NCBI GenBank assembly: GCA_965277405.1
Contig: OZ255726.1
Coordinates: forward strand, 1,056,001 to 1,120,000
Source: Gammaproteobacteria bacterium
GTDB taxonomy: Bacteria; Pseudomonadota; Gammaproteobacteria; G965277405
Length of the DNA: 64,000 nucleotides
Reading direction: 5' to 3'
In this document: in pieces, positions 41,177 through 49,788 of the stretch
How positions within the stretch are numbered: position 1 is the first letter of the stretch
How the letters are laid out: every line of letters begins with the position of its first letter
The notes under the pieces: model-generated
Told to the model about the DNA's origin: nothing
What the model saw: the letters and a program-made list of their open reading frames with translations, nothing else
Database searches by the model: none
Program-made: the position numbers and the translations under genes

Positions 41177-41624
41177 GAAACCTCTGATTAACTCGATGGT
41201 GGGCGCGACGCGGTTTGGCGCGATGCAGGGCGCGGCGGCTTGTGCAAAACCACCGTATAAATTTTGCCTGCCGATTTATGCAATATCACGCTGCCAAGTC
41301 GATGAAAATATTCTATGCTTAATTAGGAAAGCTCTGATTAATTCCATGATGGGCGAGACGGAGAAAAAACGCTGATGATAACTAGACGCAGTACGCAGAT
41401 AATACTGGTGGTATTATCAAGTGCTGCAACGACGTTAGCGCAGCGTTTTTTCCCGTCCTTCTGTTGAATATACTTTGGGTTTGATGGTAGCGGTACTTGC
41501 TGTGTTGCATCCCTTGGCGTATATGCTACAGCATGCGCTTAGCGGTTTTGCGCCTTGCAATCATCAGCAATTGCCATCAAACTCGCTCCATCAGCGACTT
41601 AATCAGAGGTTCCTCAGAGATTCA
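41177..41624 (+). mobile_element. Short variant element (~157 bp) with the same TIR family, its right TIR interrupted by MITE copy 3
   Basis: Left TIR GAAACCTCTGATTAA at 41177. Removing 41323-41613 restores a right TIR-like TTAATCAGAGATTCA. Confidence 0.6.
41327..41613 (+). mobile_element. MITE, full copy 3
   Basis: TIRs GAAAGCTCTGATTAA / TTAATCAGAGGTTCC, flanked by TTAG and TCAG. Confidence 0.92.
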
Positions 41625-41687
41625 TTGCATCTTGGTGTTGTATCAACAACGTCAAGCATTTTATTCACATTCTAATTGGTTAGCATT

Positions 41688-42857
41688 ATGATAGCTTCAA
41701 CCCGCGTGCAGGCGATACAACCTTCCGCAACTATTGCTGTAACGACCAAAGCGCGTCAATTACGGGCGCAAGGGCTGGATATTATCGGCTTAGGCGCAGG
41801 TGAGCCTGACTTCCCAACCCCAAAGCATATCAGCCAAGCTGGGATTGATGCAATCAACGATAATCAAACCAAATACACCGCAGTTGATGGCACACCTGAA
41901 CTCAAGCAGGCGATTGTTGATAAATTCAAACGTGACAATGCGCTGGTATATCAAACCAAGCAAGTATTGGTTTCGTGTGGCGCCAAGCAAAGTATTTTTA
42001 ACTTGGCTTTGGCTATTCTTGATGCAGGAGATGAAGTCATTATTCCTGCTCCATATTGGGTGTCGTATCCAGACATTGTGTTGATTGCTGCAGCTAGGCC
42101 TGTTGTTGTTCGTTGTTCAGTTGCAGATTCTTTCAAATTAACTCCCGCGGCGCTTGCGGCAGCAATCACCAACAAAACGAAGGTATTGATTCTTAACAGC
42201 CCGTCTAATCCAACCGGTGTGGCATATACGCGGGCAGAACTCCAAGCGCTCGGTGCGGTGTTGCGAGATCATCCGCATGTGCTGATTGCAACAGACGATA
42301 TTTATGAATTAATTTGGTGGTCTGATGAGCCATTTAGCAATATTGTGATGGCGTGTCCTGATTTGTATGCAAGAACAATCGTCCTCAACGGCGCATCCAA
42401 GGCGTATTCAATGACAGGTTGGCGGATTGGCTATGCAGCTGGCGACCCAACAATTATCAACAACATGGCAAAAATCCAGTCACAATCCACCTCCAATCCC
42501 TGTTCTATTTCGCAAGCAGCAGTTACTGTCGCATTAAACGGCGACCACGCCCCAGTGGCTGCAATGGTCGTCGCGTTTAAGCGGCGCCATGACTATGTTG
42601 TGCAACATCTTAATGCTATTGATGGCGTTTCATGTTTGCCGTCACAAGGGGCGTTTTATGCGTTTGCCGATATGCGTGAATTGATGAAAAGCCGTGGTAT
42701 AAGTGATGATATCGTGCTTGCCCAAGAGTTATTGGAAAAGGCGCACATTGCCGTTGTTCCAGGAAGTGCGTTTGGCATGGATGGTTTTATCCGTATTTCA
42801 TACGCAACGAGCGATGCCAATATCAGCAAGGCGTTACAACGATTACAAGCATATTAA
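41688..42857 (+). CDS. Class I/II PLP aminotransferase (aspartate aminotransferase-like)
   Basis: GEPDFPTP, PYWVSY, NSPSNPTG, DDIYE, SKAYSMTGWRIGY, RISYA. Confidence 0.92.
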   Translation: MIASTRVQAIQPSATIAVTTKARQLRAQGLDIIGLGAGEPDFPTPKHISQAGIDAINDNQTKYTAVDGTPELKQAIVDKFKRDNALVYQTKQVLVSCGAKQSIFNLALAILDAGDEVIIPAPYWVSYPDIVLIAAARPVVVRCSVADSFKLTPAALAAAITNKTKVLILNSPSNPTGVAYTRAELQALGAVLRDHPHVLIATDDIYELIWWSDEPFSNIVMACPDLYARTIVLNGASKAYSMTGWRIGYAAGDPTIINNMAKIQSQSTSNPCSISQAAVTVALNGDHAPVAAMVVAFKRRHDYVVQHLNAIDGVSCLPSQGAFYAFADMRELMKSRGISDDIVLAQELLEKAHIAVVPGSAFGMDGFIRISYATSDANISKALQRLQAY

Positions 42858-42924
42858 TAATCAGCCTATTCCACATACCGCAACCACATACCGCAATATA
42901 CATGATGACAACGGAGCAATGGAT

Positions 42925-43668
42925 ATGAACTTGGAACTGTTCGCTGGGCAGTTGCTGGACTGGGTAGCGCTGATAAATTTTTGCATTGTTTGGTTTGGCT
43001 ATTATTTTTTTAGCGAGTCGTATTCCAAACAAGCGCACCCTTCATTGTCGCTAGCGATGAATGAATATCGCAGAAATTGGGTGGCAAAGTCATTAACCAA
43101 TGGCAATCAAATTGCGGACGTGCAAATGATTAGCGTCCATGAGCGCAATTGCGTTTTTTTAGCATCGAGTTGTTTGTTGGTGTTGGCGTCGGTGGTGTCG
43201 TTGTTGTGGAATATCGACAGTATCTTGGATTTTAGTAACCTGATGGCGGCGGACGTGATTATTTTCGATAACAGCAGTACTAGTGTGTATTTAGGAAAAT
43301 TATTACTGCTGTGCGCGGTGCTGGCACATGGTTTTTTTTCATTTACTTGGTCATTACGGCAATTCAATATGTTTGGTTTGATGTTGGTATCGGCACCAGA
43401 TATCAATACATTTCCAACACCAGCACGCGAGCAATTTATTGATCAAATTGCAGCGCTGCAAATACGAGCCGGGATTGCATACGCGCATGGTTTTAGGTCG
43501 ATGTATTTTTCATTGGCACTACTGTCTTGGTTGGTGGGTTCAATCGTGTTGATTGTAACAACGTACATCGTGTTATATGTGTTGTTTCGGCGTGAGTTTC
43601 GCTCGAAGGCGTTAAAAAGTCTCCATGGCGGCAGTGTTGCGTTGCAAGCGAGGATGGATTCACAATAG
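42925..43668 (+). CDS. DUF599-family membrane protein
   Basis: M..YR..W, F.ASS, F.FTWSLRQFN, G.R..YF, RREFRS. Start inferred from the GGAG SD. Confidence 0.78.
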   Translation: MNLELFAGQLLDWVALINFCIVWFGYYFFSESYSKQAHPSLSLAMNEYRRNWVAKSLTNGNQIADVQMISVHERNCVFLASSCLLVLASVVSLLWNIDSILDFSNLMAADVIIFDNSSTSVYLGKLLLLCAVLAHGFFSFTWSLRQFNMFGLMLVSAPDINTFPTPAREQFIDQIAALQIRAGIAYAHGFRSMYFSLALLSWLVGSIVLIVTTYIVLYVLFRREFRSKALKSLHGGSVALQARMDSQ

Positions 43669-43669
43669 T

Positions 43670-44185
43670 ATGCCGCACTCATTGCGACAAACCCAAAAAA
43701 TCGGCAAAGGCATGTGGGTGGTCATGTGGGTGGTATTGCTGGTGATGGCAACCTGGTGGTTTGGCTGGCGTGAAGAACAACAACACAACCCCAACCAAAT
43801 GGTTAGTAGCAGCGAACAGCAAGTATACTTGCAACGCAACAGCTATGGCCACTATGTGTTTAACGGGCAAGTCAACGGCAACACAGTGACATTTCTTGTT
43901 GACACGGGCGCCACAGATGTAGTGATTGCCGGTCCAACGGCGCAACAGCTACGACTACAGCGAGGACAGCGGCAATATGTGAATACTGCCAATGGGACGG
44001 TTGCGGTATACCGTACGCATATCGATACGCTGGAAATCGGCGGGATTATATTCCACGATATCGCCGCGGTGATCAATCCAGCCATGACTAATGATTCACT
44101 GCTAGGAATGAATGCCTTGCGGCAAGTTGATTTCCGTCAACAAGGCGACATGTTAATACTCGAGCACAACGATAACACATACTGA
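43670..44185 (+). CDS. Retropepsin-like (clan AA) aspartic protease
   Basis: N-terminal TM segment, GHY, FLVDTGAT, TANG, LLGM. Confidence 0.9.
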   Translation: MPHSLRQTQKIGKGMWVVMWVVLLVMATWWFGWREEQQHNPNQMVSSSEQQVYLQRNSYGHYVFNGQVNGNTVTFLVDTGATDVVIAGPTAQQLRLQRGQRQYVNTANGTVAVYRTHIDTLEIGGIIFHDIAAVINPAMTNDSLLGMNALRQVDFRQQGDMLILEHNDNTY

Positions 44186-44189
44186 TAAT

Positions 44190-46940
44190 ATGACGATTTC
44201 AACAACGTACGACCCAGCAGCAATTGAACGGCATTGGTATGCGTTTTGGGAGAATAACAACTACTTTGCTCCTCGAGGAGACGGCGAGCCGTATACGATT
44301 ATGATTCCCCCGCCAAATGTGACTGGGCGGCTACATATGGGGCATGCTTTTCAGCAAACATTGATGGATGTGCTGATTCGCTACCAGCGCATGCAAGGGC
44401 GTAAAACGTTGTGGCAGGTCGGTGTTGACCATGCTGGGATTGCGACGCAGATGGTTGTTGAGCGCAAATTAAAACAGCAAGGTACGGATCGTTGGGAGCT
44501 CGGTCGTGATAAATTTATTGAACGTACATGGCAATGGAAAGCCGAGTCAGGCGGATTTATCACCCAGCAATTACGGCGGATTGGCGGCTCTGTTGATTGG
44601 AAAAATGAGCGTTTTACCATGGATGATGGCTATGCGGCAGCAGTCCAAAAAGTGTTCATCGACTTATACAACGAAAAGCTCATTTATCGTGGTAAACGCT
44701 TGGTGAATTGGGATCCGGTATTATTGACTGCAATTTCTGATTTAGAAGTTGTCAAAGAAGAGGAACAGGGGAAAATGTACACGGTTCGCTATCCAATTGT
44801 AGATGAAGATAGCTTTGTTGAGATTGCCACGACGCGTCCTGAAACAATTCTCGCTGATGGTGCGATTGCGGTGCACCCAAGTGACGCTAGGTTTCAACAG
44901 CTGTGGGGTAAATTCGTCCAAGTACCACTGACAACTCGAATCATTCCAGTGATTGCTGATAGCTATGTTGATCCAGAATTTGGCACAGGCTGCGTCAAAA
45001 TCACTCCTGCGCATGACTTCAATGATTATCGTGTGGGACAACGGCACGATATGGAAGTAATAAACCTCTTCCACCCCAATGCAACCATGAACGACAATGC
45101 TCCAACTGCATATGTTGGCTTAGATCGTTTTGACGCACGCGATAAAATAGTCGTGGATCTAGAACACGCTGGCCTGTTGGTAAAGGTTGCCGACCACATA
45201 TTCAAACGGCCACGTGGCGATAGGAGCGGTGCGGTGATTGAACCATATTTGACCGATCAATGGTATGTGGCGATGGAGCCACTCGCGGAAAAGGCCTTGA
45301 ACGTTGTTCGTGATGGCAGTATAGAGTTTATTCCAAAACAATGGCAGAACACCTTCTACCGATGGTTAGAAAATATTGAAGACTGGTGTATTTCGCGACA
45401 ATTATGGTGGGGTCATCTAATACCAGCGTGGTATGACAGCGCTGACAATATTTACGTAGGCAATGATGAAGCCGCGGTGAGAGCGCAACACAACCTTAGC
45501 GATAATGTGGTGTTGCAGCGCGATGCAGACGTGCTGGACACGTGGTTTTCTTCGGCATTATGGACGTTTGTAACGCTTGGCTGGCCTGAAAAAACGCAAC
45601 GGCTGAAGGATTTTCATCCTACCAGCGTGTTGATTACTGGTTTTGATATTATTTTCTTTTGGGTTGCGCGCATGATTATGATGACGACCCATACCCTCGG
45701 CACAATTCCTTTTGCCAAGACATATATTCATGGCTTGATTCGTGATGCTGAAGGGCAGAAGATGTCAAAAACCAAAGGAAATGTCATCGACCCAATCGAC
45801 TTGATCGATGGAATCACCTTAGAAAAACTCGTCGAAAAGCGCACAGCAGAATTGCTACTTCAACCTAAAAAAGTAGCTACGATAACGGCGCAAACTAACA
45901 AGCAGTTTCCACAAGGGATAAACGCATACGGCGCTGATGCGTTACGCTTGACGTATTGTTCCTTGGCGTCGACTGGTCGTGATATTCGTTTTGATGTTGG
46001 CCGCATTGGTGGGTATCGCAATTTCTGCAATAAGCTGTGGAACGCCGCGCGGTATGTGTTGTTGCAATGTGGCGATGCACCACGAGCAATGCCCGCAACA
46101 GCTGGTCATTTGCATAACCAATGGATTGTTTCGCGCTTGCATCATTGCGTTGTCAATGTTGATACTGCCCTGCAAACGTATCGATTTGATATTGCTACGC
46201 AACATCTTCAATCTTTCTTTTGGCATGAATATTGCGACTGGTATTTGGAATTAACCAAGCCATTTATCAGTCAAAACAATGAAAAAAATGAAGAAACGTA
46301 TGCGGTGTTGAGCAATGTACTCGAAGTGTTGTTACGGCTGCTCCATCCTCTCGCACCATTTATTACTGAAGAAATATGGCAGAAAATACCCACAGCTAAC
46401 AAAGGCGCAACGATTATGCTGGCTGCATACCCGCGCGCTGATGCATACCCTAACAACGCAGCAGCAGAACAACAAATGCAATTGCTGCAAGATACGATTA
46501 CTGCGGTGCGAACTGTGCGCAGCCAATACACTATTTCTCCAGCGGTACAACTCGATGTGAACATTTGTGCCAGTGAAGGCGACACAGCAATGTTTACTGA
46601 AAATATAGCCACACTCACCACCCTCGCACGGCTTGGGAGGGTCGATTTTAATCAATCGATTGCTAAACACGCGCAAATGCAAGTGGTGGGTGATGCACAA
46701 ATTCATGTGTATTTAGCAGGTGTCATTGACGTCAACAGCGAATTAACCAGGTTAGATGTTGAGTTAGCCAAAGTTACGGGAGAGATTAGTCGGATTCAGA
46801 AAAAACTCGATAATACTGGCTTTGTTGCCCAAGCACCTGCGGCTGTTGTTGCCAAAGAACAGGAAAAAATTGCAGACTACCTGCGTAAGCGCAGCCAACT
46901 TGAAGGACAAAAGATGAGCTTTGCGCAGATGGGACAGTAA
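44190..46940 (+). CDS. valS: Valine--tRNA ligase
   Basis: PPPNVTGRLHMGH, WCISRQLWWGH, KMSKT, C-terminal coiled coil. Confidence 0.98.
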   Translation: MTISTTYDPAAIERHWYAFWENNNYFAPRGDGEPYTIMIPPPNVTGRLHMGHAFQQTLMDVLIRYQRMQGRKTLWQVGVDHAGIATQMVVERKLKQQGTDRWELGRDKFIERTWQWKAESGGFITQQLRRIGGSVDWKNERFTMDDGYAAAVQKVFIDLYNEKLIYRGKRLVNWDPVLLTAISDLEVVKEEEQGKMYTVRYPIVDEDSFVEIATTRPETILADGAIAVHPSDARFQQLWGKFVQVPLTTRIIPVIADSYVDPEFGTGCVKITPAHDFNDYRVGQRHDMEVINLFHPNATMNDNAPTAYVGLDRFDARDKIVVDLEHAGLLVKVADHIFKRPRGDRSGAVIEPYLTDQWYVAMEPLAEKALNVVRDGSIEFIPKQWQNTFYRWLENIEDWCISRQLWWGHLIPAWYDSADNIYVGNDEAAVRAQHNLSDNVVLQRDADVLDTWFSSALWTFVTLGWPEKTQRLKDFHPTSVLITGFDIIFFWVARMIMMTTHTLGTIPFAKTYIHGLIRDAEGQKMSKTKGNVIDPIDLIDGITLEKLVEKRTAELLLQPKKVATITAQTNKQFPQGINAYGADALRLTYCSLASTGRDIRFDVGRIGGYRNFCNKLWNAARYVLLQCGDAPRAMPATAGHLHNQWIVSRLHHCVVNVDTALQTYRFDIATQHLQSFFWHEYCDWYLELTKPFISQNNEKNEETYAVLSNVLEVLLRLLHPLAPFITEEIWQKIPTANKGATIMLAAYPRADAYPNNAAAEQQMQLLQDTITAVRTVRSQYTISPAVQLDVNICASEGDTAMFTENIATLTTLARLGRVDFNQSIAKHAQMQVVGDAQIHVYLAGVIDVNSELTRLDVELAKVTGEISRIQKKLDNTGFVAQAPAAVVAKEQEKIADYLRKRSQLEGQKMSFAQMGQ

Positions 46941-46943
46941 GCA

Positions 46944-46976
46944 CTGCTCACTATATGAATGGAGCAGACTTTTTTA
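46944..46976 (+). terminator. Possible intrinsic terminator after valS
   Basis: CTGCTC...GAGCAG stem followed by a T6 run; the loop is large. Confidence 0.4.
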
Positions 46977-47100
46977 TTATAGCCGCACGCATGCTGCGAG
47001 CATGCCGATAGTTTTCGTCTTTATCAGTAGCTGCATGCACGCTGTGAGCAAGGCGATAGTTTTTGAACATGGGGTTTTCGGCTTTTCAAGGAATAATCAG

Positions 47101-47148
47101 CAGCGTTTTTTCTCCGTCTCGCCCATCATGGAATTAATCAGAGCTTCC
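47101..47148 (-). mobile_element. Truncated MITE (first 48 bp, reverse orientation)
   Basis: CAGCGTTTTTTCTCCGTCTCGCCCATCATGGAATTAATCAGAGCTTCC is the reverse complement of 795-842. Confidence 0.9.
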
Positions 47149-47219
47149 TTCGGTTTATTGACGATGCGTAAGCTGTGTAGCCAGCGGTCTTATTGTTGTA
47201 AGTCGCTATGCTTGGATTA

Positions 47220-49604
47220 CTACGGGATCATCAACCCGTATAGTTTTGGCAGATATTTTTGTTTGTCAATTTGAGTAAGCCCGCCTTTGGTAAGCGTGGC
47301 CAAACGTGCTTTAAGGGTGCTTTTCTGTTTGTCAAATTTAATGTTTGATTTTTGTATTGCCTGCGGCTGTTCGGCGATGAGTTCGTCAAGTTGACTTTGG
47401 CTGCTTACTTTGTGTATGCGCGCTTTATATCTTGCAATGATGGCTGATTCTGCGTTTTTTCGCGCGGCATCAAGCGTAAAGTATTGTTTTGCCACCTTGT
47501 TAAAATAACGGGTTTCACTTGTGTTGTTTGCCACGAACTCAAAAAACGGCTGCCTTTGTATTAGTTTCAGCAATACGTTGGCTCCAAACGCACGGTTTTT
47601 CAAGGATTGCTGGTAAATCAGTTTGCTAACGAGTTGATTGAGCGATAACACAAACACACTGTCTGTATTTAAGACTGCAGGTTGTGCTTGGATTACATTG
47701 GTGTCGATACGAATGGCAGATAACTGCTTGACGCTGGTTAGTTTGTTGCGGACCGCTGCATAACGAAACATTAGCGTTAGTTGCTGCCAGAATAGCTCCT
47801 CGTCCTTGGTCTGCAGCGCCAACTGATACAGCCACTTAATGTTGGGGATGTTATAAACATTGATGCGTTGGAAGGCTCGAGCTTCACGAATCGCGCCTTG
47901 ATAGTCGCCTTTGGCATATAATGCCTTTGAATATTTATACCCCACGTTGCGATACTGTGGAATGATTTCTTTGATTAGGTTGACCGTATCAATGGCTTGA
48001 TCAATCCGCTGATGATTGAGCTGAATACTCAACAGTATGTCTTTTAGATATGGGTTTTCTCCTTGAAGAATAAGTTTTTCAGCCTTTTCGATGGTTGCAA
48101 CAGGGCTGTCGTTACTGATTTGGAGTTCGGTGAATTGATAGAAGGTGCTGGCAATTGATGTGGCGATAACAACCCCTGCAATACTGACCAGCGCGCAGCT
48201 ACCTCGCCAAAAAAAACGCAGATTTGTGTTGTTGGCTAACACTCCGCTGAATGAAATTCTGCTCAACAAAAAGCCGCGACCGTGAATTTGCACATTATGT
48301 TGATAGATAACATAGCAGCCAATTGCCAGTAGCGTGTATAGCGGCAAGTTAGCAACAATCATGCGTTGTGCAACTGAAAATTGACCATGGAAATAAAAGT
48401 TAAAAATACCAGCAATAACGCCTAACGCCACCAGCTTGTGCAGCATTGGCGCGGCTGGGTGGCGAAAAACCGCAAATAGCTTGATTGAAATAACCGTATA
48501 TATGCTGAGCAGGGTTAACAGAATTAGAGCTCCGCCATCTTCAGCAAGCTCTAATGTTTCGTTATGCACGTGGTTATAGCTGTTATTGTCGATGTACAAC
48601 AGTGCATCAGGGTTCATATAAATAAAATTGACATTGTACGAACTCCCAAGCCCATAGCCAATAATTGGGCTTGCTATGATTGCCCGCCACGCGGTTTCGA
48701 ATGGCTTTAAACGCGTATACCATGCGTCGATAGAGAATAGTTGACCGTAGCGTGGAAATAATTCAGCGGCGCTGGCTGGGTGTAATACAAAATAAATAAT
48801 GCCCGCGCCGAGTAACATGCAGATACATCCGATGGCAATAAATGACAAAACACGAAGGCGTGTTGACAGCATATGCAAGGAAAAAACCCCGAATGCGAGG
48901 ATACAACCAGTCCAAGTTGCAGCATTCGCAGCACGAGTTTTCGTCAATAGCATGGCGACTGCGGCAAGAATAAATGCCAGTAAGAACAACAAACCGCCAA
49001 GCGTAAATTTGCGGCGGCATTCGATTAGATATCCGATCGTGAGCAAAAACAATAACGGGATTATGGTGGTTAGGTAGCCAGCAAAGTAGTTGATATTGCC
49101 AAACGTTGCCTTAGGTCGTGCAACAGCAACGCCGTTATCGGTAAGTGGGCTTAGCCCAAGGCGTTCAAGGACTGCCAAAACACATACATATATACACGTC
49201 AACGCAATCCATTTAAGCAAGCCGTTCAGGTCATTGCTGTTTTGTAGGCGACGAAATACATATCCAGCCCAGGCGACGAGGATCAAGTCACTGCTAAGCT
49301 CGTAATAAAAACCATAATCGGCAGGGGTTGTGAATACACCAGGGAGGGTGCTGATGGCAGGAAGCAGTAGGATAACTACCAACAACCACGTCTGTTTCTG
49401 CTTGTTATCTGCAAGCTCGCGCTGCCCACCAAAGCAATCATCAATAACAAACAAAATAGCAACAGATGCTGCAAGCATGAGCATTTTAAACGTATTTACA
49501 TGATAGAACTGGTAGGTTGTATATGCATTAATAGCGAAAAATAAGATGCCTAGGATAGCAATGCGACTGCGCAGCAGGTCACGAAACACCAAGTCGTTAT
49601 TCAT
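47220..49604 (-). CDS. O-antigen ligase/oligosaccharyltransferase-family membrane protein with TPR-like and extended C-terminus
   Basis: Many TM segments, ATFGNINYFAGY, TKTRA, R...F..AW, PIIGYGLGS, HVHNE.L (Wzy_C-like). Confidence 0.78.
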   Translation of the reverse strand: MNNDLVFRDLLRSRIAILGILFFAINAYTTYQFYHVNTFKMLMLAASVAILFVIDDCFGGQRELADNKQKQTWLLVVILLLPAISTLPGVFTTPADYGFYYELSSDLILVAWAGYVFRRLQNSNDLNGLLKWIALTCIYVCVLAVLERLGLSPLTDNGVAVARPKATFGNINYFAGYLTTIIPLLFLLTIGYLIECRRKFTLGGLLFLLAFILAAVAMLLTKTRAANAATWTGCILAFGVFSLHMLSTRLRVLSFIAIGCICMLLGAGIIYFVLHPASAAELFPRYGQLFSIDAWYTRLKPFETAWRAIIASPIIGYGLGSSYNVNFIYMNPDALLYIDNNSYNHVHNETLELAEDGGALILLTLLSIYTVISIKLFAVFRHPAAPMLHKLVALGVIAGIFNFYFHGQFSVAQRMIVANLPLYTLLAIGCYVIYQHNVQIHGRGFLLSRISFSGVLANNTNLRFFWRGSCALVSIAGVVIATSIASTFYQFTELQISNDSPVATIEKAEKLILQGENPYLKDILLSIQLNHQRIDQAIDTVNLIKEIIPQYRNVGYKYSKALYAKGDYQGAIREARAFQRINVYNIPNIKWLYQLALQTKDEELFWQQLTLMFRYAAVRNKLTSVKQLSAIRIDTNVIQAQPAVLNTDSVFVLSLNQLVSKLIYQQSLKNRAFGANVLLKLIQRQPFFEFVANNTSETRYFNKVAKQYFTLDAARKNAESAIIARYKARIHKVSSQSQLDELIAEQPQAIQKSNIKFDKQKSTLKARLATLTKGGLTQIDKQKYLPKLYGLMIP

Positions 49605-49672
49605 TAGTACGTATTTTTTGCATAGCAGAAGTTATAGCGGGATAGGCGGTGAATGGTGTTGGTAACAATACA

Positions 49673-49716
49673 GGAAGTTCTGATTGAGCAATTGCCGCAA
49701 ACAGTTGTATATATAA
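49673..49716 (-). mobile_element. Decayed, internally deleted MITE remnant
   Basis: TIR-like GGAAGTTCTGATTGA joined to GCAATTGCCGCAAACAGTTGTATAT, the reverse complement of the MITE interior (cf. 963-977 and 54856-54880). Confidence 0.6.
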
Positions 49717-49788
49717 TTATTTGAGTTACTCCCATTTTATTTTAAAATTGCCGCATACTTTAATCCATAACTCGATAATGGAGCAAAG

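Noticed and set aside
49684-49717. MITE-derived sigma70 promoter for gdh (TATAAT at 49712-49717)
   Set aside because: Candidate -35 hexamers sit 14 or 22 bp away, not about 17, so it is unsupported.
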